A DNA stretch of 64,000 nt from Macrostomum hystrix (GCA_950097015.1 CATNEN010000025.1:1736001-1800000); one strand, 5' to 3'. Positions 23,901 through 35,595 are shown, counted from the stretch's first letter. Made by a program: numbers and translations. Notes: a model not told the origin generated them from the sequence alone.

Positions 23901-26843
23901 TGTCAAGATCTTGTCTGCTTAAAGGCGCCCAATCTGTTCGGAATGGGGTATTGTCAAAAAAGCGTCCCACATTTTGATAGACACACGCACATACACCACC
24001 ACTTCAGCGCCGGCATTGACGCCATGTCGCAGGACATGTTCAGTGGCTGCGACATAAGTAGCAGCCAAGAGCAACAGCAGGCGTCACAGCTGCGCCAGAA
24101 GAAGCAGCAACAGCAGCGCCAACGGCGACTGACTGCTCCGCCCGGCGTCACTTCGCACGAGGCGATTCGCGACGCAACAATCCGGCTGCTGCGCACCATC
24201 ATCATGGCCTCTCAGACTGTCGCTCCGCTGGCCGACAATGTCGTGATGAAGATGCGCCTGTTCTATAATGAGTCCGGTAGGTGTCCGATTGTTGTCTTTC
24301 TGGCTTGGTCTGTCCGTTTGTCCATTTCTCTTCTTTTATGTCTATCCGCTATTTCAGTCTTTTTGCCTGTCCCGCGTGTCTGTCTGTCCTTCCTGTTCAC
24401 ACCTGAAATGCTGTCATGGCCAAGGATACAATCTAGGACAAACTTTTCCCACCTATTTCTTTATCAGTTTTCCCATTAAAATAGTCCATTAAAGATGTAT
24501 TTTTGCTATTCGCCACTTGGCACGCTCACAATAGACCATATAGGTTTAAGTTTCCCTATTTTCGTTTTCACTTTTCGCAGCGCCCGACGATTACGAGCCG
24601 CCCGGCTTTCGCGCCGATCCTGACTGCCCGACCCGCTTTCCAGAGGAAGAAATTGAATTGCGCCTTGGCGATGTGTTCACCGTGAGTTATGATTTTCGGT
24701 TTAACATTTGCCCTTGTATGTACTTATTTACTACTGAAAATAGCGTGTGTTGAGTATCCGTATCCGAAACTGCAAGTGTTTAAATTAAACTCAATGAAAC
24801 TTTTTTTTCATTTACAATAAAGCAAAATCCCACTGTTTTTCCCTTTTCAGAAATTCAACGGGTAAGCGTCACGGTAACTTTTAAGTAGTTGTTCTTCTGT
24901 CGCTGCTTTGGCTTAGCTGTTGTTTATTTAGTGCTACACGTATGTGGTAATTAGTGAGCAGATAATGAGATCAGGTGAGGGGCGGAAAGGGGAGATCAGG
25001 TTAGGAGCGGAAAGGGGAGATCAGGTTAGGAGCGGAAAGGGGAGATCAGGTTAGGAGCGGAAAGGAGAGATCAGGCGAGGGGCGGAAGTGGAAGACTAAG
25101 GGCAGAAATGGATGATCAGGACGGGGAGGGAAAAAGATACTCAGTTCCCTGGAAGGAGAATAGGAAAGATAAAAGGTCGTGTCTTCAGGCCTTTTTCCTA
25201 CTCGGTTCATTAAGTACAGTCCCGCCATCATCTCGCATCCGCAGCTTCCACATGATGCTATCGACCGGCCGGGACTATTTTCGCGACGTCGACAGCGCCG
25301 CCTCAAAGCGACAGCAGCAGGCTGAAAAGAAGAGAAAACCAACTCCAGGAGCGGCTGCTGCTGCGGCCAGTGCCGATGACGCTGACGCCCCCGTCTCTGA
25401 GTCCTCCGACGCTAATAACAACTATAGCAACGACATCAACGAAGAGGGCGACGAAGAAGAACTGTCGGTGCGCTGCCCGTGCGAACGCGACGCCGACATG
25501 GGCATTATGATTTGTTGCGAGGCCTGCGAGCTCTGGCAGCACGCCGTCTGCTTTGGCATCCTGCGCGAGACTGAAGCTCCGCCTGTGCACTACTGCGATA
25601 TCTGTATTGGTACGTTTGACAGTGTGCCTTTCTGTCTTGGCTGTCAGTGTGTCTGTTCCCTTGCTGTCAGTGTGTCTGTTCCTTGACTGTCAGTGTGTAT
25701 GTCTCTTGGCTGTCAGTGTGTCTGTTCCTTGACTGTCAGTGTGTATGTCTCTTGGCTGTCAGTGTGTCTGTTCCTTGACTGTCAGTGTGTCTGTTCCCTG
25801 GCTGTCAGTGTGTCTGTTCCCTGGCTGTCAGTGTGTCTGTTCCTTGGCTGTCAGTGTGTCTGTTCCTTGGCTGTCAGTGTGTCTGTTCCCTGGCTGTCAG
25901 TGTGTCTGTTCCTTGGCTGTCAGTGTGTCTGTTCCCTGGCTGTCAGTGTGTCTGTTCCCTGGCTGTCAGTGTTTCTGTTCCTTGGCTGTCAGTGTGTCTG
26001 TTCCTTGGCTGTCAGTGTGTCTGTTCCCTGGCTGTCAGTGTGTCAGTTCCCTGGCTGTCAGTGTGTCAGTTTCTTGGCTGTCAGTGTGTCTGTCTCTCGG
26101 ATTTGAAGGTTCGCCTGAGATCACACTCTTCCCTTAAATGACGTCACCATTCAGAGTCGAAATTCTTTGGCGAAACGGCAGACCTGCCGGCCAACTCGCA
26201 CGACCATCTGGTGCAGCGCATGCGAGCCCCCGTGGAGCGGCGCTCGTTCTGCCTGGTCCGCGCCGCCCTCAACGCCCTACTGGAGCTCAACGACCCCATC
26301 ACACCCGGCCGCCTGTCCGAGAGGCTTTCCATGCCAGTTCAATCTGCAGGCAATCTGGTCAAGAAGCTGACGGAGCTCGGCGCTCTCTCCGTTCCGCCCG
26401 GCGGCGCCGATTGCGTCATCGACCGAGTCCAGCTGCGCCGCCACCTGTTGCCGAAGTTCTTCGGTCGGAGCTGTCGCAGCGGAGTCGCCGACAACGTTGA
26501 GGAGAAGAAGCAGGAAGACAAAGCTAGAGACGAAGAGCAGAAGAAGCAGAAGCAGCCGGAGGTTGTTGAAAATGATTCCACTCCGCCGCCACCTCCGCCA
26601 GTGGCTTCAAAGCGTCGACGTCAGCCGGCAGCTACGGCTACGGCTACGGAGAAGAACGAAAAAATCAACGCCAATAGTGGCAGCCGCGGCAGGCCCGGAC
26701 GTCCACTCGGCAAGCGCGGAGGCGGCAGCGGCGACAGCCTGGCCAGCTTGGGCGCGGCGGCTACGCCGAAATCCCGTCGCGGCAGCGCCAGCAGCAAGCG
26801 CGGCCGCTATGGAAGCGTTGTGAATACGCCGCTGCGCATTTGA
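20949..26843 (+). CDS. HORMAD1: Meiotic HORMA-domain protein (HORMAD/Hop1-like, 624 aa) with PHD finger, winged-helix-like region and C-terminal closure-motif-like tail
   Basis: Exons 20949-20987, 21670-21912, 22860-22880, 22963-22998, 23093-23193, 24008-24276, 24581-24681, 24851-24861, 25245-25609, 26155-26843 (1875 nt, all GT-AG). HORMA motifs FVKKLFAVALSNVLYLRGIFPE, GCFDALDKKY, EAYYFKFDY, MRLFYNE, PDDYEPPGF; PHD CPC..CEACELWQHAVC..YCDIC. Confidence 0.92.
22045..22140 (-). mobile_element. SINE family A fragment (HORMAD intron)
   Basis: Reverse complement of GATGAGAAAAGTCTGGGCAGATGTACAC...GGCAAAATTGCCTCCTGGCTGGCTG; matches 32057-32180. Confidence 0.7.
22148..22723 (+). mobile_element. TTAA-flanked MITE (piggyBac-like non-autonomous element)
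   Basis: TTAA at 22144-22147 and 22724-22727; TIRs CACTAAAACTACCAAG / CTTGGGTAGTCCTACTG; interior highly similar to 37318-37935. Confidence 0.85.
23310..23906 (-). mobile_element. Decayed LINE reverse-transcriptase fragment in a HORMAD intron
   Basis: Minus-strand frames give LKHLGPRGVAFLCNLFNL, QHGLRPRHSITTALLSINNFICRGFN and GFDRVNH, recognisable non-LTR RT motifs, separated by frameshifts/stops. Confidence 0.8.
24969..25085. repeat. 25-bp minisatellite, about 4-5 units
   Basis: Unit GATCAGGTTAGGAGCGGAAAGGGGA. Confidence 0.85.
25615..26092. repeat. 23-bp minisatellite, about 20 units, in the last HORMAD intron
   Basis: Unit GGCTGTCAGTGTGTCTGTTCC(C/T)T. Confidence 0.95.
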
Positions 26844-27286
26844 AGAGGCTCGTTTTTATCGCTCGTTAACTACGCTCGGTTTTATTTTCTTCAAAGCGGT
26901 AGTGTGCGAGCAGATTAAATTTAACTTCTGTGGAACTGTTTTCGGGTTTAAAATTAGCTAAACTGGCTAAACAGCTGTTCCAACTGTTTTTAAGTGTGTT
27001 GGCTTTTTCAACAATATTCCTCGTTTTTCTTCGCTTTTCTTCTGCCCCTTTTTAATGGCAGCGCTTTTTGGTTTTATTTGTTACCTTTGTTTTTTCTCGT
27101 TTTTTAGTTTTGTTTGCCATTGTTAGCCGTTTTTTTATTCTCTTTTTTCGGCCCTGAGTTCAGCAGCTAAATTGGAAATTCAGTGTGTTTTTCCTATATT
27201 AGATGGCTAAAGGCCATTCATCTAGAGCTGGATTAAGTAGCCTGCTTAAAGCGAATGTGTTGCTAGATTTCTATCTAGTTCTGGGT

Positions 27287-27680
27287 CTGTGCAAATCTCT
27301 AGGTAAGGGTGTGCGAATCTCTAGGTCAAGGGTGTGCAAATCTCTAGGTAAGGGTGTGCAAATGTCTAGGTAAGGGTGTGCAAATCTCTAGGTAAGGGTG
27401 TGCAAATCTCTAGGTCAAGGGTGTGCAAATCTCTAGGCAAGGGTGTGCAAATCTCTAGGTCAAGGGTGTGCAAATCTCTAGGTAAGGGTGTGCAAATCTC
27501 TAGGTCAAGGGTGTGCAAATCTCTAGGCAAGGGTGTGCAAATCTCTAGGCAAGGGTGTGCAAATCTCTAGGTCAAGGGTGTGCAAATCTCTAGGCAAGGG
27601 TGTGCAAATGTCTAGGTAAGGGTGTGCAAATCTCTAGACAAGGGTGTGCAAATCTCTAGGTAAGGGTGTGCAAATCTCTG
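27287..27680. repeat. 22-23 bp minisatellite, about 17 units
   Basis: Unit GGGTGTGCAAATCTCTAGG(T)(C)AA. Confidence 0.95.
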
Positions 27681-28317
27681 ATTATTGGTTCGTGGATCTC
27701 CAGGTTGTGATGTAGGTATCATCTATCCAGAATTAGGTTTTTATATTTCTAAGCGTATGTTACATTTTTGTAACATATTTTTATAACAGTCTAGCATTTT
27801 GTCGTAGTACGAGTACAATTTATTGTTTCTTGTGTGTTTTCTAATTGTTGCAACTATTTACCCAGATGCAGTTTCAAGCACAACAAGCAATAAACAAGCC
27901 CTGTTCTCAGTATTGTTACTGTTTTCTCGTTTATACTTTTGCTAATAATTATCGAATGCCGCCAGAAAGCTAGCTGTAGCTTTATTATTATTATTTATAA
28001 TCTTTTGTTACAACTAGCGATGCCAGATACTTATCTTCTATTAATCTCATCGGTCCAGCGGCCTAATAATAACAAAGAACACAATCCTAATAACCCAAAG
28101 CAAGCATTTTTGCACCATTTTTCCACCTTTTGGCAAAGTTTTGTTGCCCTTCAATCAACATTTTTAATCGGCTTTGTCCTTTCTGATTTGTTCCACTTTT
28201 TTTGTTCTGGCGATGGGTGCTTGGTTCTCATTCCAGACTGCTACATCTCATCAGAGTTTAGTTTTGGTTTGGTGTTTGCATACTGTAGATTCTGCCAAAA
28301 TTCTTTCTTCTTATCTC

Positions 28318-29360
28318 TTCTCATTTCTCCCGTCTCATCTCTCTCCTGTCTCATCTCTCTCCTGTCTCATCTCCCCTGTCTCATCTCCCCTGTCTCATCT
28401 CCCCTGTCTCATCTCCTGTCTCATCATTATATTTTCTCATCTCTCCCGTCTCATCTCTCTCCTGTCTCATCTCTCTCCTGTCTCATTTCTCTCCTGTCTC
28501 ATCTCCCCTGTCTCATCTCCCCTGTCTCATCTCCCCTGTCTCATCTCCCTGTCTCATCTCCCCTGTCTCATCTCCCCTGTCTCATCTCCTGTCTCATCAT
28601 TATATTTTCTCATCTCTCCCGTCTCATCTCTCTCCTGTCTCATCTCTCTCCTGTCTCATCTCTCTCCTGTCTCATCTCTCTCCTGTCTCATCTCTCTCCT
28701 GTCTCATCTCTCTCCTGTCTCATCTCCTGTCTCATCATTATATTTTCTTATCTCTTCCCTGTCTATCCCCTGTCTCATCTCTCTTCTGTCTCACCTCTCC
28801 CCTCTCTCATCTCTCCCCTGTCTCATCTCTATATTTTCTCATCTCTCTCCTGTCTTATCTCTATATTTTCTCATCTCTCTCCTGTCTTATCTCCCCTGTC
28901 TCATCTCCCCTGTCTCATTTCCTGTCTCATCATTATATTTTCTTATCTCTTCCCTGTCTATCCCCTGTCTCATCTCTCTTCTGTCTCACCTCTCCTCTCT
29001 CTCATCTCTCCCCTGTCTCATCTCTATATTTTCTCATCTCTCCCCTGTCTCATCTCTATATTTTCTCATCTCTCTCCTGTCTCATCTCTCTCCTGTCTTA
29101 TCTCCCCTGTCTCATCTCCCCTGTCTCATCTCCGGTCTCATAATTATATTTTCTCATCTCTTCCCTGTCTCTCCCCTGTCTCATCTCTCTCCTGTCTCAC
29201 CTCTCCCCTCTCTCATCTCTCTCCTGTCTCACCTCTCCTCTCTCTCATCTCTCCCCTGTCTCATCTCTCTCCTGTCATGCCTCCCTTGCCATCTATCTCT
29301 CTTGTCTCATATCCAGTGTCATCTCTTCACTGTCCTATCCCCTTCCTCGTCTCCCCTGTC
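28318..29360. repeat. Pyrimidine-rich compound minisatellite (CCTGTCTCATCTC(T/C)n)
   Basis: Direct reading; higher-order blocks punctuated by CATTATATTTT. Confidence 0.92.
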
Positions 29361-30111
29361 TAATCCCTACTCTATCACGTGTGTAGTCTCATCTATCTAG
29401 CCTCGCGTTTAATCCTGTCCACTACAGTTTTTTAGATTCTCTGGCCCGCGAGTTATTTTAAGATTGCGCACCCTTGGTTTAGGCTCATGAATTTATCGCA
29501 AAAAAATTAAGCAGTGAATTTTGTATTCGTTTCATTTCTAATTTCAATGACAATTTATTCGGCATAAAAAATCGAACTATAGATAGTGAGCAGATTGTGT
29601 AGTTTTTATAGTGCATAAATAAGCAATAGTTAAGTAGGCCAATGTTGGCTTTTACAAAGAGTCTATCAAACTCATGATTGTCTCAGTGCAGCTCAAAACT
29701 CAATTAGTACATTAGATTTCAGAAGCAAAACAAGCAAAGCATAAGCAAACTACATTATATATTTGTTGAGAATTCCTTATTATTGAGTACTTTAAGGAAG
29801 CGATATGAGATGTAGAATTACGAAATGAAGCAGTACCAATGATTAAATTGGCATGGCAACTCCAGGTAGCAGGGGGTAATAAGCTTAAAATGATACGCAA
29901 GGGGAGAGACCTACGCCAGGGACCTCAGTTTGTGTAGCATCATTATCAAACACTTGTTAAACGTGAGAGGCCTTTGAATTTGTGTCTTCATGTCTGATCA
30001 GACAAGAATATGAAATACTATTTTCAACAATGTTCAATATGAGGCTACAAAAACTGCAGGTAAAGCAAAGCATTTACTGTAAGATAATAAACTAGGAGAA
30101 CACATCGGAGA

Positions 30112-30763
30112 TTAAAAGCTGAATCCGCTATCAGTAATAAGCTTATCACGGTTGCACTGCTGACCGGTGCTTGTTGGATATGAGCAGTAGTTATGAGTCT
30201 TGATGATGATGATGCAAGCGATAAGAACAGTAGCAAAGCTATTTACAATTCTATTATGCTGATGCACACGAGGTTAAGTACAGTACAAAACAAGATGCAG
30301 TTAGAAGCAAGAGATTTGTACCTGTCTATGTTTGATCATTTTACTCAAAGCTATTAGCTATATATTACCTGTACAGCAGATAGTTTAGCACCATTGTATC
30401 AGGATAGCATGGCTATAAATATATCATAATCTTCACACTCTTAAGCAAAGGAATGCTATCTGAGAAATTGAACATAATTCTTGTCCTTAACAAAATGACT
30501 GAGTTAGAAACTTTAGTTGGCACAATGCAGACAGATAAGTACATATGATCTACGCCAGGCTGGCCTAAAGTTGTTGACATGATGATCTTTGACGTGGCAG
30601 GACTCGCTGCTGCTGCTGCTGCTGCTGCTACGATGGTAACACTGTAGCAAAGGTGAAGCACTATTGATTAGCATTGTTAAAAAAAAAATTTTCACTTCGC
30701 AAAGCTTACCTCAAAAGTTCGTCACATTGTGCAGCACAGGCCGCCAGCGACTTGACACAGCCG
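30112..30763 (-). CDS. Candidate small multi-exon gene, possible secreted or membrane protein (not recognised)
   Basis: Segments 30763-30710, 30660-30543, 30412-30369 and 30238 onward have GT-AG boundaries and join in frame; hydrophobic stretch MVLNYLLYSFATVLIACIIII; TATAAAA on minus at 30847-30853. Confidence 0.35.
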
Positions 30764-30846
30764 CTAGGTCGGAATAAACAAGAAACGAAAGAAAAAAGCC
30801 AAGTCAAACAAAAATTCTGTGCCTGAAATTGCCTTCGACACATTGC

Positions 30847-30919
30847 TTTTATAGCCGCACAGTTGCGCCGCGAGCTAGTTTAGTTTGCTGCCGTCTCATT
30901 GGCTGGCTACTGTCACGTG
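30847..30919 (-). promoter_or_regulatory. Putative promoter: TATA box and E-box
   Basis: TATAAAA (minus, 30847-30853); CACGTG at 30914-30919. Confidence 0.35.
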
Positions 30920-31897
30920 ATCTAGCGCTCGCTTGCACCCGACTGTCACGGCAGCACACACATACACACACTTGGCTGCGTGTGAGAGAATTAAATGCTT
31001 ATAGATTGGCTTATCTACACAATACTTCTGGCCCTTTGGCTTATCTGCGAGCTAGAACTGAATCGTCGGTCTTCAACTCTGAGAGATAAGCTCAAAATCA
31101 AACTCAGTTTTTTTGGGCGAGCCGCACAGCTGAAATACTTCATAATCTAATAATATAGATGGCGCTTTTAATAGCTGAGATTCTCAAGTGCTCAGATCAA
31201 TGGACTTTGGACACACTATTATCTGCTAACCTATGAGCCGTTGCCTGTCTGTGAGGTCTTGCCAACGTTCCGTTATAGCTGCAGAAGCAGAAGCAGTGTT
31301 GCTATCTCTGGGCCTTAGGTCAAGCGAATCTAAAGCTGAACAGGAAAAAAAATTCTAAATGATGCATTGCACGGATTTATTATTGCTTCTTCTGCAGCCA
31401 GGAATTTCAAGAAGTATTTACCGCTGCCAACTTTCTGGTTGATCAACATATTCGTTACTCTAGATATTGTTTGCATAATTACGCAGCAGACCTATAATAG
31501 AAGCGTTAATTCGTACAGGTTCAGAATCTACATCAGATAAGTCCTTGATAAACTTGACAGGGGGTTGCACACATCCACTTGATGACTGGATGTATGACGC
31601 CATGAAATTTAGGCACCTTAAAATAGATTGCGAAATTTGAGACTTAAGACTAAAGGATGATTGAACGGCGTAAAGCATGGTTTAACGTACAAATATCTAT
31701 GGTCATACCCAATGTGCCACGCAATGCACGCAAAAGCGTGTGCGGTTAATGGAAAAATAAAAAACCCGATAGATTAGATGGGTATAATAAGCCAAGGACA
31801 ACTTAATAGGGTTATTAAGTTGTCCTTGTAATAAGCGCCGTTAAAAAATCCCGACTTTTTGCCATAGACTATGATGAATTTGACGGCCTTTATGAGT

Positions 31898-32260
31898 GGG
31901 TCAGTAGCAGAGCGGTCAGGTCCCTGAGCTCGATTCCGCGGCGAGGCCACATTAAATTAGGGCGCAGCCGCGGAGAGAAGGCTTGGGGGCTTGTCGTGCA
32001 ATTTACGCCCTTGAGGGCCAACCTCCAAGGCAAAGTGAAGTTTACACTGTCTTAGGATGAGAAAGTCAGGACAGATGTACACACCCTGTGTGAGCGTATG
32101 CCTGCGTACAGTATCTGTGCGCGTGTGTGCTCAGGAGTCAGCGAAATGGGCAGAATTGCCTCCTCACTGGCTGCGAGTCTATTGCACAGATACTATAATA
32201 ACTAGTTATTATAATACTACTATAATAATATATACTACTATATATACTACTACTATATAA
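31898..32260 (+). mobile_element. SINE family A, near full-length copy
   Basis: tRNA-like head (TAGCAGAGCGG ... GCTCGATTCC), body shared with at least 5 other loci, AT-rich simple-repeat tail. Confidence 0.7.
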
Positions 32261-33126
32261 TACTTGTACTAGTTATTCTAGTATCTGTGTCACTGCAAAA
32301 AACTGCAGCAGAATAGTCAGCTGGTTGCAATTGACTAGCACAGGCGCCTATAGTTACTTTGTATCATTTACAACTGTAACAATTTAGTTACATGCACGGC
32401 ACTGTGTTTACGGTAAGTTGGTATGCTACTGCTTTAATACATGCCATATTATAGAAACATAAGGAATGTAGTTCTTCTAATCTATCAATGAAAATCAATC
32501 CGACTCAGGTATTTACTAAATAGCTTGTGTTTGTCAGTTTAAACCAGGTGCAAATGGCCAACGCGCTGCAAAATATGCAATACCTTAGCCAAATCGCAGT
32601 GTTGGATGATACAATCAAGATAAGGGTGACTCTACGGCAGCTTAGACTGTATGGCATATGCTAAACAGATTTAACTTTAGCAACTGACTCATCCGTTATG
32701 CGAAACTCATTCGACATTGTACCCGCCTGTGCAACCCAATACCCCGTCGCAGTGAATAGACAGTGGCACTGCAGGTTATCGCAGAGTACGTAAACACAAG
32801 AGAGAAGATTGCAGCCAGATCTTTCTGAAAAAGTAGGCCAAGAAGACATTTTGTCTTATCAAAGTCAAGGCAAAGTGGAGTCAAAGAAAACGTTTGAAAT
32901 CTAATAATTTGTTTGAAGGATTGCAGAAACTCAATAACAAATGGGATTTTTTAAACGGGAAACAAAGCGATGGGAAATCTGACACCTGTAGCTCCAACTA
33001 GAAAGTCACAACGCCAATTCCAACATTTAGAGATAAAAATGACACGCAATGGGCGTCGCCTCATCATCGAATAAATATTGAAAGCCTCCAGTGATCCTCA
33101 ACCCAACCAGTCCTTGAGTCTGAGTC

Positions 33127-34200
33127 ATGGCAAACAAAACGGCAGCAGATGGTGAAGGTCCCGCCTTCCTGGACACAACGGCTTATCTCTTCCTGGACTG
33201 CTGGAGCGGCGACCCCGACAGGGCGATCTTCTGCCGCATCAACACCGCCCTGGGAGCCATCGCCAGTGTCATCCTGCCCATCTTCATGGTTGGCGGCTTC
33301 GTCGGTAACGGCCTCACAGCCTACATCTACCTGTGCAAGCTGCGACCTCTGACTCGACAGGGAGTGTACTTTGCAGTCATCGGCATCTCCGACAACTGCA
33401 GCCTGTTCATCACCGGTTTCATGTGGATGTTCTTAGCCAAGGGTCTGCCGTGGATCAGCGGGGCAAAATTTGGCTATTTCATCGTGAACCAATCCGAATC
33501 TGCTTGCCGGGCAATGCGACTGTGCGAACTACTGTTCAGCTTCACCTCCAGCACCCTGTTCCTCCTGATGGTGATTGACAGGTGTCTGAGCGTGTACTTT
33601 CCGTTCCGGTTCCAGGTTAAGTCCGGCAAGTGGGCTCTGAGAGCCTGCCTGCTGGTGACAGCTGTCGGCTTAGTGGCAACGTCAATTATCTTTCTCCCGT
33701 TTCACTGGGTTTTTGCTGGCCCTTTAATCGTGTGCACATTTTCCCTGCCTGGCTGGCAGCACTGGGCTTTCGTCAGCGGCCTGATGCTGTTATACAACCC
33801 CCCAACACTGCAATTCTTGGCCATTCTGGTCACCAACGGCTTTCTCATTGCCAAGATGCGCCACATAGTCTCCGAGCAGGCTGAGATCAGGGCCAGAAAA
33901 GAAGACGGCAACTCACTCAACAACACAATCATCTGCGTGATTCTGTCTGTCATCTTAATCACCAGCTCCCTGCCTGTCCAGGTGTTCGCCTTCGGCTACG
34001 CGTTTGTGCTGATTTCAGGAATACCAATGGATGCCGGCATCACACAGCTGATCTTCGCCTTCAACGACATCGGGCGGATGCTGATCCTGTTCAACCAGTC
34101 CATCAACTGGGCTGTGCTCATTTGGAAGAGCGCCGCATTTCGCAAGGCCTTTCTGGACACAATCGATTGTCGTTGCTATGGCAACAGGAGCAGAAAATAA
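33127..34200 (+). CDS. Intronless rhodopsin-like orphan 7TM GPCR, copy 1 (357 aa)
   Basis: Seven hydrophobic segments; GN in TM1 (VGNGL), IDRC at the DRY position, CR in the loop before TM3, NQSINW in TM7. Confidence 0.9.
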   Translation: MANKTAADGEGPAFLDTTAYLFLDCWSGDPDRAIFCRINTALGAIASVILPIFMVGGFVGNGLTAYIYLCKLRPLTRQGVYFAVIGISDNCSLFITGFMWMFLAKGLPWISGAKFGYFIVNQSESACRAMRLCELLFSFTSSTLFLLMVIDRCLSVYFPFRFQVKSGKWALRACLLVTAVGLVATSIIFLPFHWVFAGPLIVCTFSLPGWQHWAFVSGLMLLYNPPTLQFLAILVTNGFLIAKMRHIVSEQAEIRARKEDGNSLNNTIICVILSVILITSSLPVQVFAFGYAFVLISGIPMDAGITQLIFAFNDIGRMLILFNQSINWAVLIWKSAAFRKAFLDTIDCRCYGNRSRK

Positions 34201-34394
34201 ATCCACTTAATTGACCTTACATGGATTTGACAACGTCGATATACACACGAACAGAGCAACTCTTCATTTTGCTAGACGGTTTGGCAATCATCTGCTTTCA
34301 CCCCAATATCGACTCGGAAAATATACAGAGCACGTCTTTTATATTCGCGTGTTTTAGTAGCTCTGAAACTGTTTAGGTTTCACTCGTATGATCA

Positions 34395-34600
34395 CAGATC
34401 TTTAGGATTGATCAAATTATCCCAGATCATCACACTAAGCAAAATCATTCCAGATCCCCACATTTGACTAAATTTATCCCAGATCCCCACATTTTACCAA
34501 ATCGATCCCAAATCCCAAGATTTAACAAAATTATCCCAGATCCCCACATTTGACCGAAATTATCCCAGATCCCAAGTTCCACCAAAATGATCCCAGATAT
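34395..34600. repeat. Degenerate ~29-bp repeat (TTATCCCAGATCCCCACATTTGACCAAAA)
   Basis: About 6-7 imperfect units adjoining the 15-bp array. Confidence 0.8.
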
Positions 34601-34605
34601 CAAGA

Positions 34606-34810
34606 ATGAAGAAGGTGTCGATGAAGAAGGTATCGATGAAGAAGGTATCGATGAAGAAGGTATCGATGAAGAAGGTATCGATGAAGAAGGTGTCGATGAA
34701 GAAGGTATCGATGAAGAAGGTATCGATGAAGAAGGTATAGATGAAGAAGGTATCGATGAAGAAGGTATCGATGAAGAAGGTATCGATGAAGAAGGTATCG
34801 ATGAAGAAGG
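34606..34810 (+). repeat. 15-bp array (GAAGAAGGTATCGAT), about 13 units
   Basis: Direct reading. Confidence 0.95.
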
Positions 34811-35109
34811 TTTAATTTTATCCTATCTGGATCCTTAAATTTGACCAAAATCATTCCAGATCAAAATAATCCCAGACTCTAAGGCTAGGTTGCGACGTCG
34901 TGAGAATTTCTGTTATCTAACTGACCATTTATTTCGAATTCTCTGTCTTACATAATTATACTACTTACAATAAGTAGCATACGAGCGTATTTGACAAAAG
35001 CGGGATGGAACTGAAAACCAGTCGTTTAATCAATCAAAGATACGATTTTGAAATTTTCAATAAAGCGTTTGAGCTTTTCATATCTTCTTAAACCTTCTAG
35101 AAACATGGG

Positions 35110-35200
35110 AGTGTGCTCAGGAGTCAGCGAAATGGGCAGAATTGCCTCCTCGCTGGCTGCGGGTCTAGTGTCGCTAAATGATGTGCCATTGCCCGCAGCC
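35110..35200 (+). mobile_element. SINE family A 3' fragment
   Basis: GTGTGCTCAGGAGTCAGCGAAATGGGCAGAATTGCCTCCTCGCTGGCTGCG, as at about 32127-32175. Confidence 0.75.
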
Positions 35201-35595
35201 CTCCTGAAATTATTCATATAAATTTTATCATGAAAATATTCTGTGATTAGTGCTTAATAGTCGTTCCGGTGCCTCCTAATCAGACAATCTGAAATTTTAA
35301 TTACTTAAAGTTCTCGCCCACTTACTCGTGTGAATCCTTTTAGGGGCAGTGATGTTTTCACACCTGCGGACAGCTGAATATTAAAGGCTTAAAACTCCCA
35401 CACTTTAATTTCACAAACGACCTCAATGCAATTGTAAATAGAACTGCTCGCTTGGCTTACAATGGATAATGATTTTTCACTTTAATTTCAAGCCCTAATT
35501 TCACAGCAGCTTAGCAATAATCTCTTCTAGCCAATGTTGACTCTAATATTGAAATTACCAGTTGTCTTTGCTAATCTCCTTTAAACAAATCGTTA

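Noticed and set aside
27939-29400. 474-aa and 408-aa ORFs
   Set aside because: Derived from the pyrimidine-rich minisatellite.
29827-29853. Minus-strand CQFNHWYCF resembling an allatostatin-C/somatostatin ring
   Set aside because: No dibasic cleavage site or supported link to a signal-peptide exon; likely chance.
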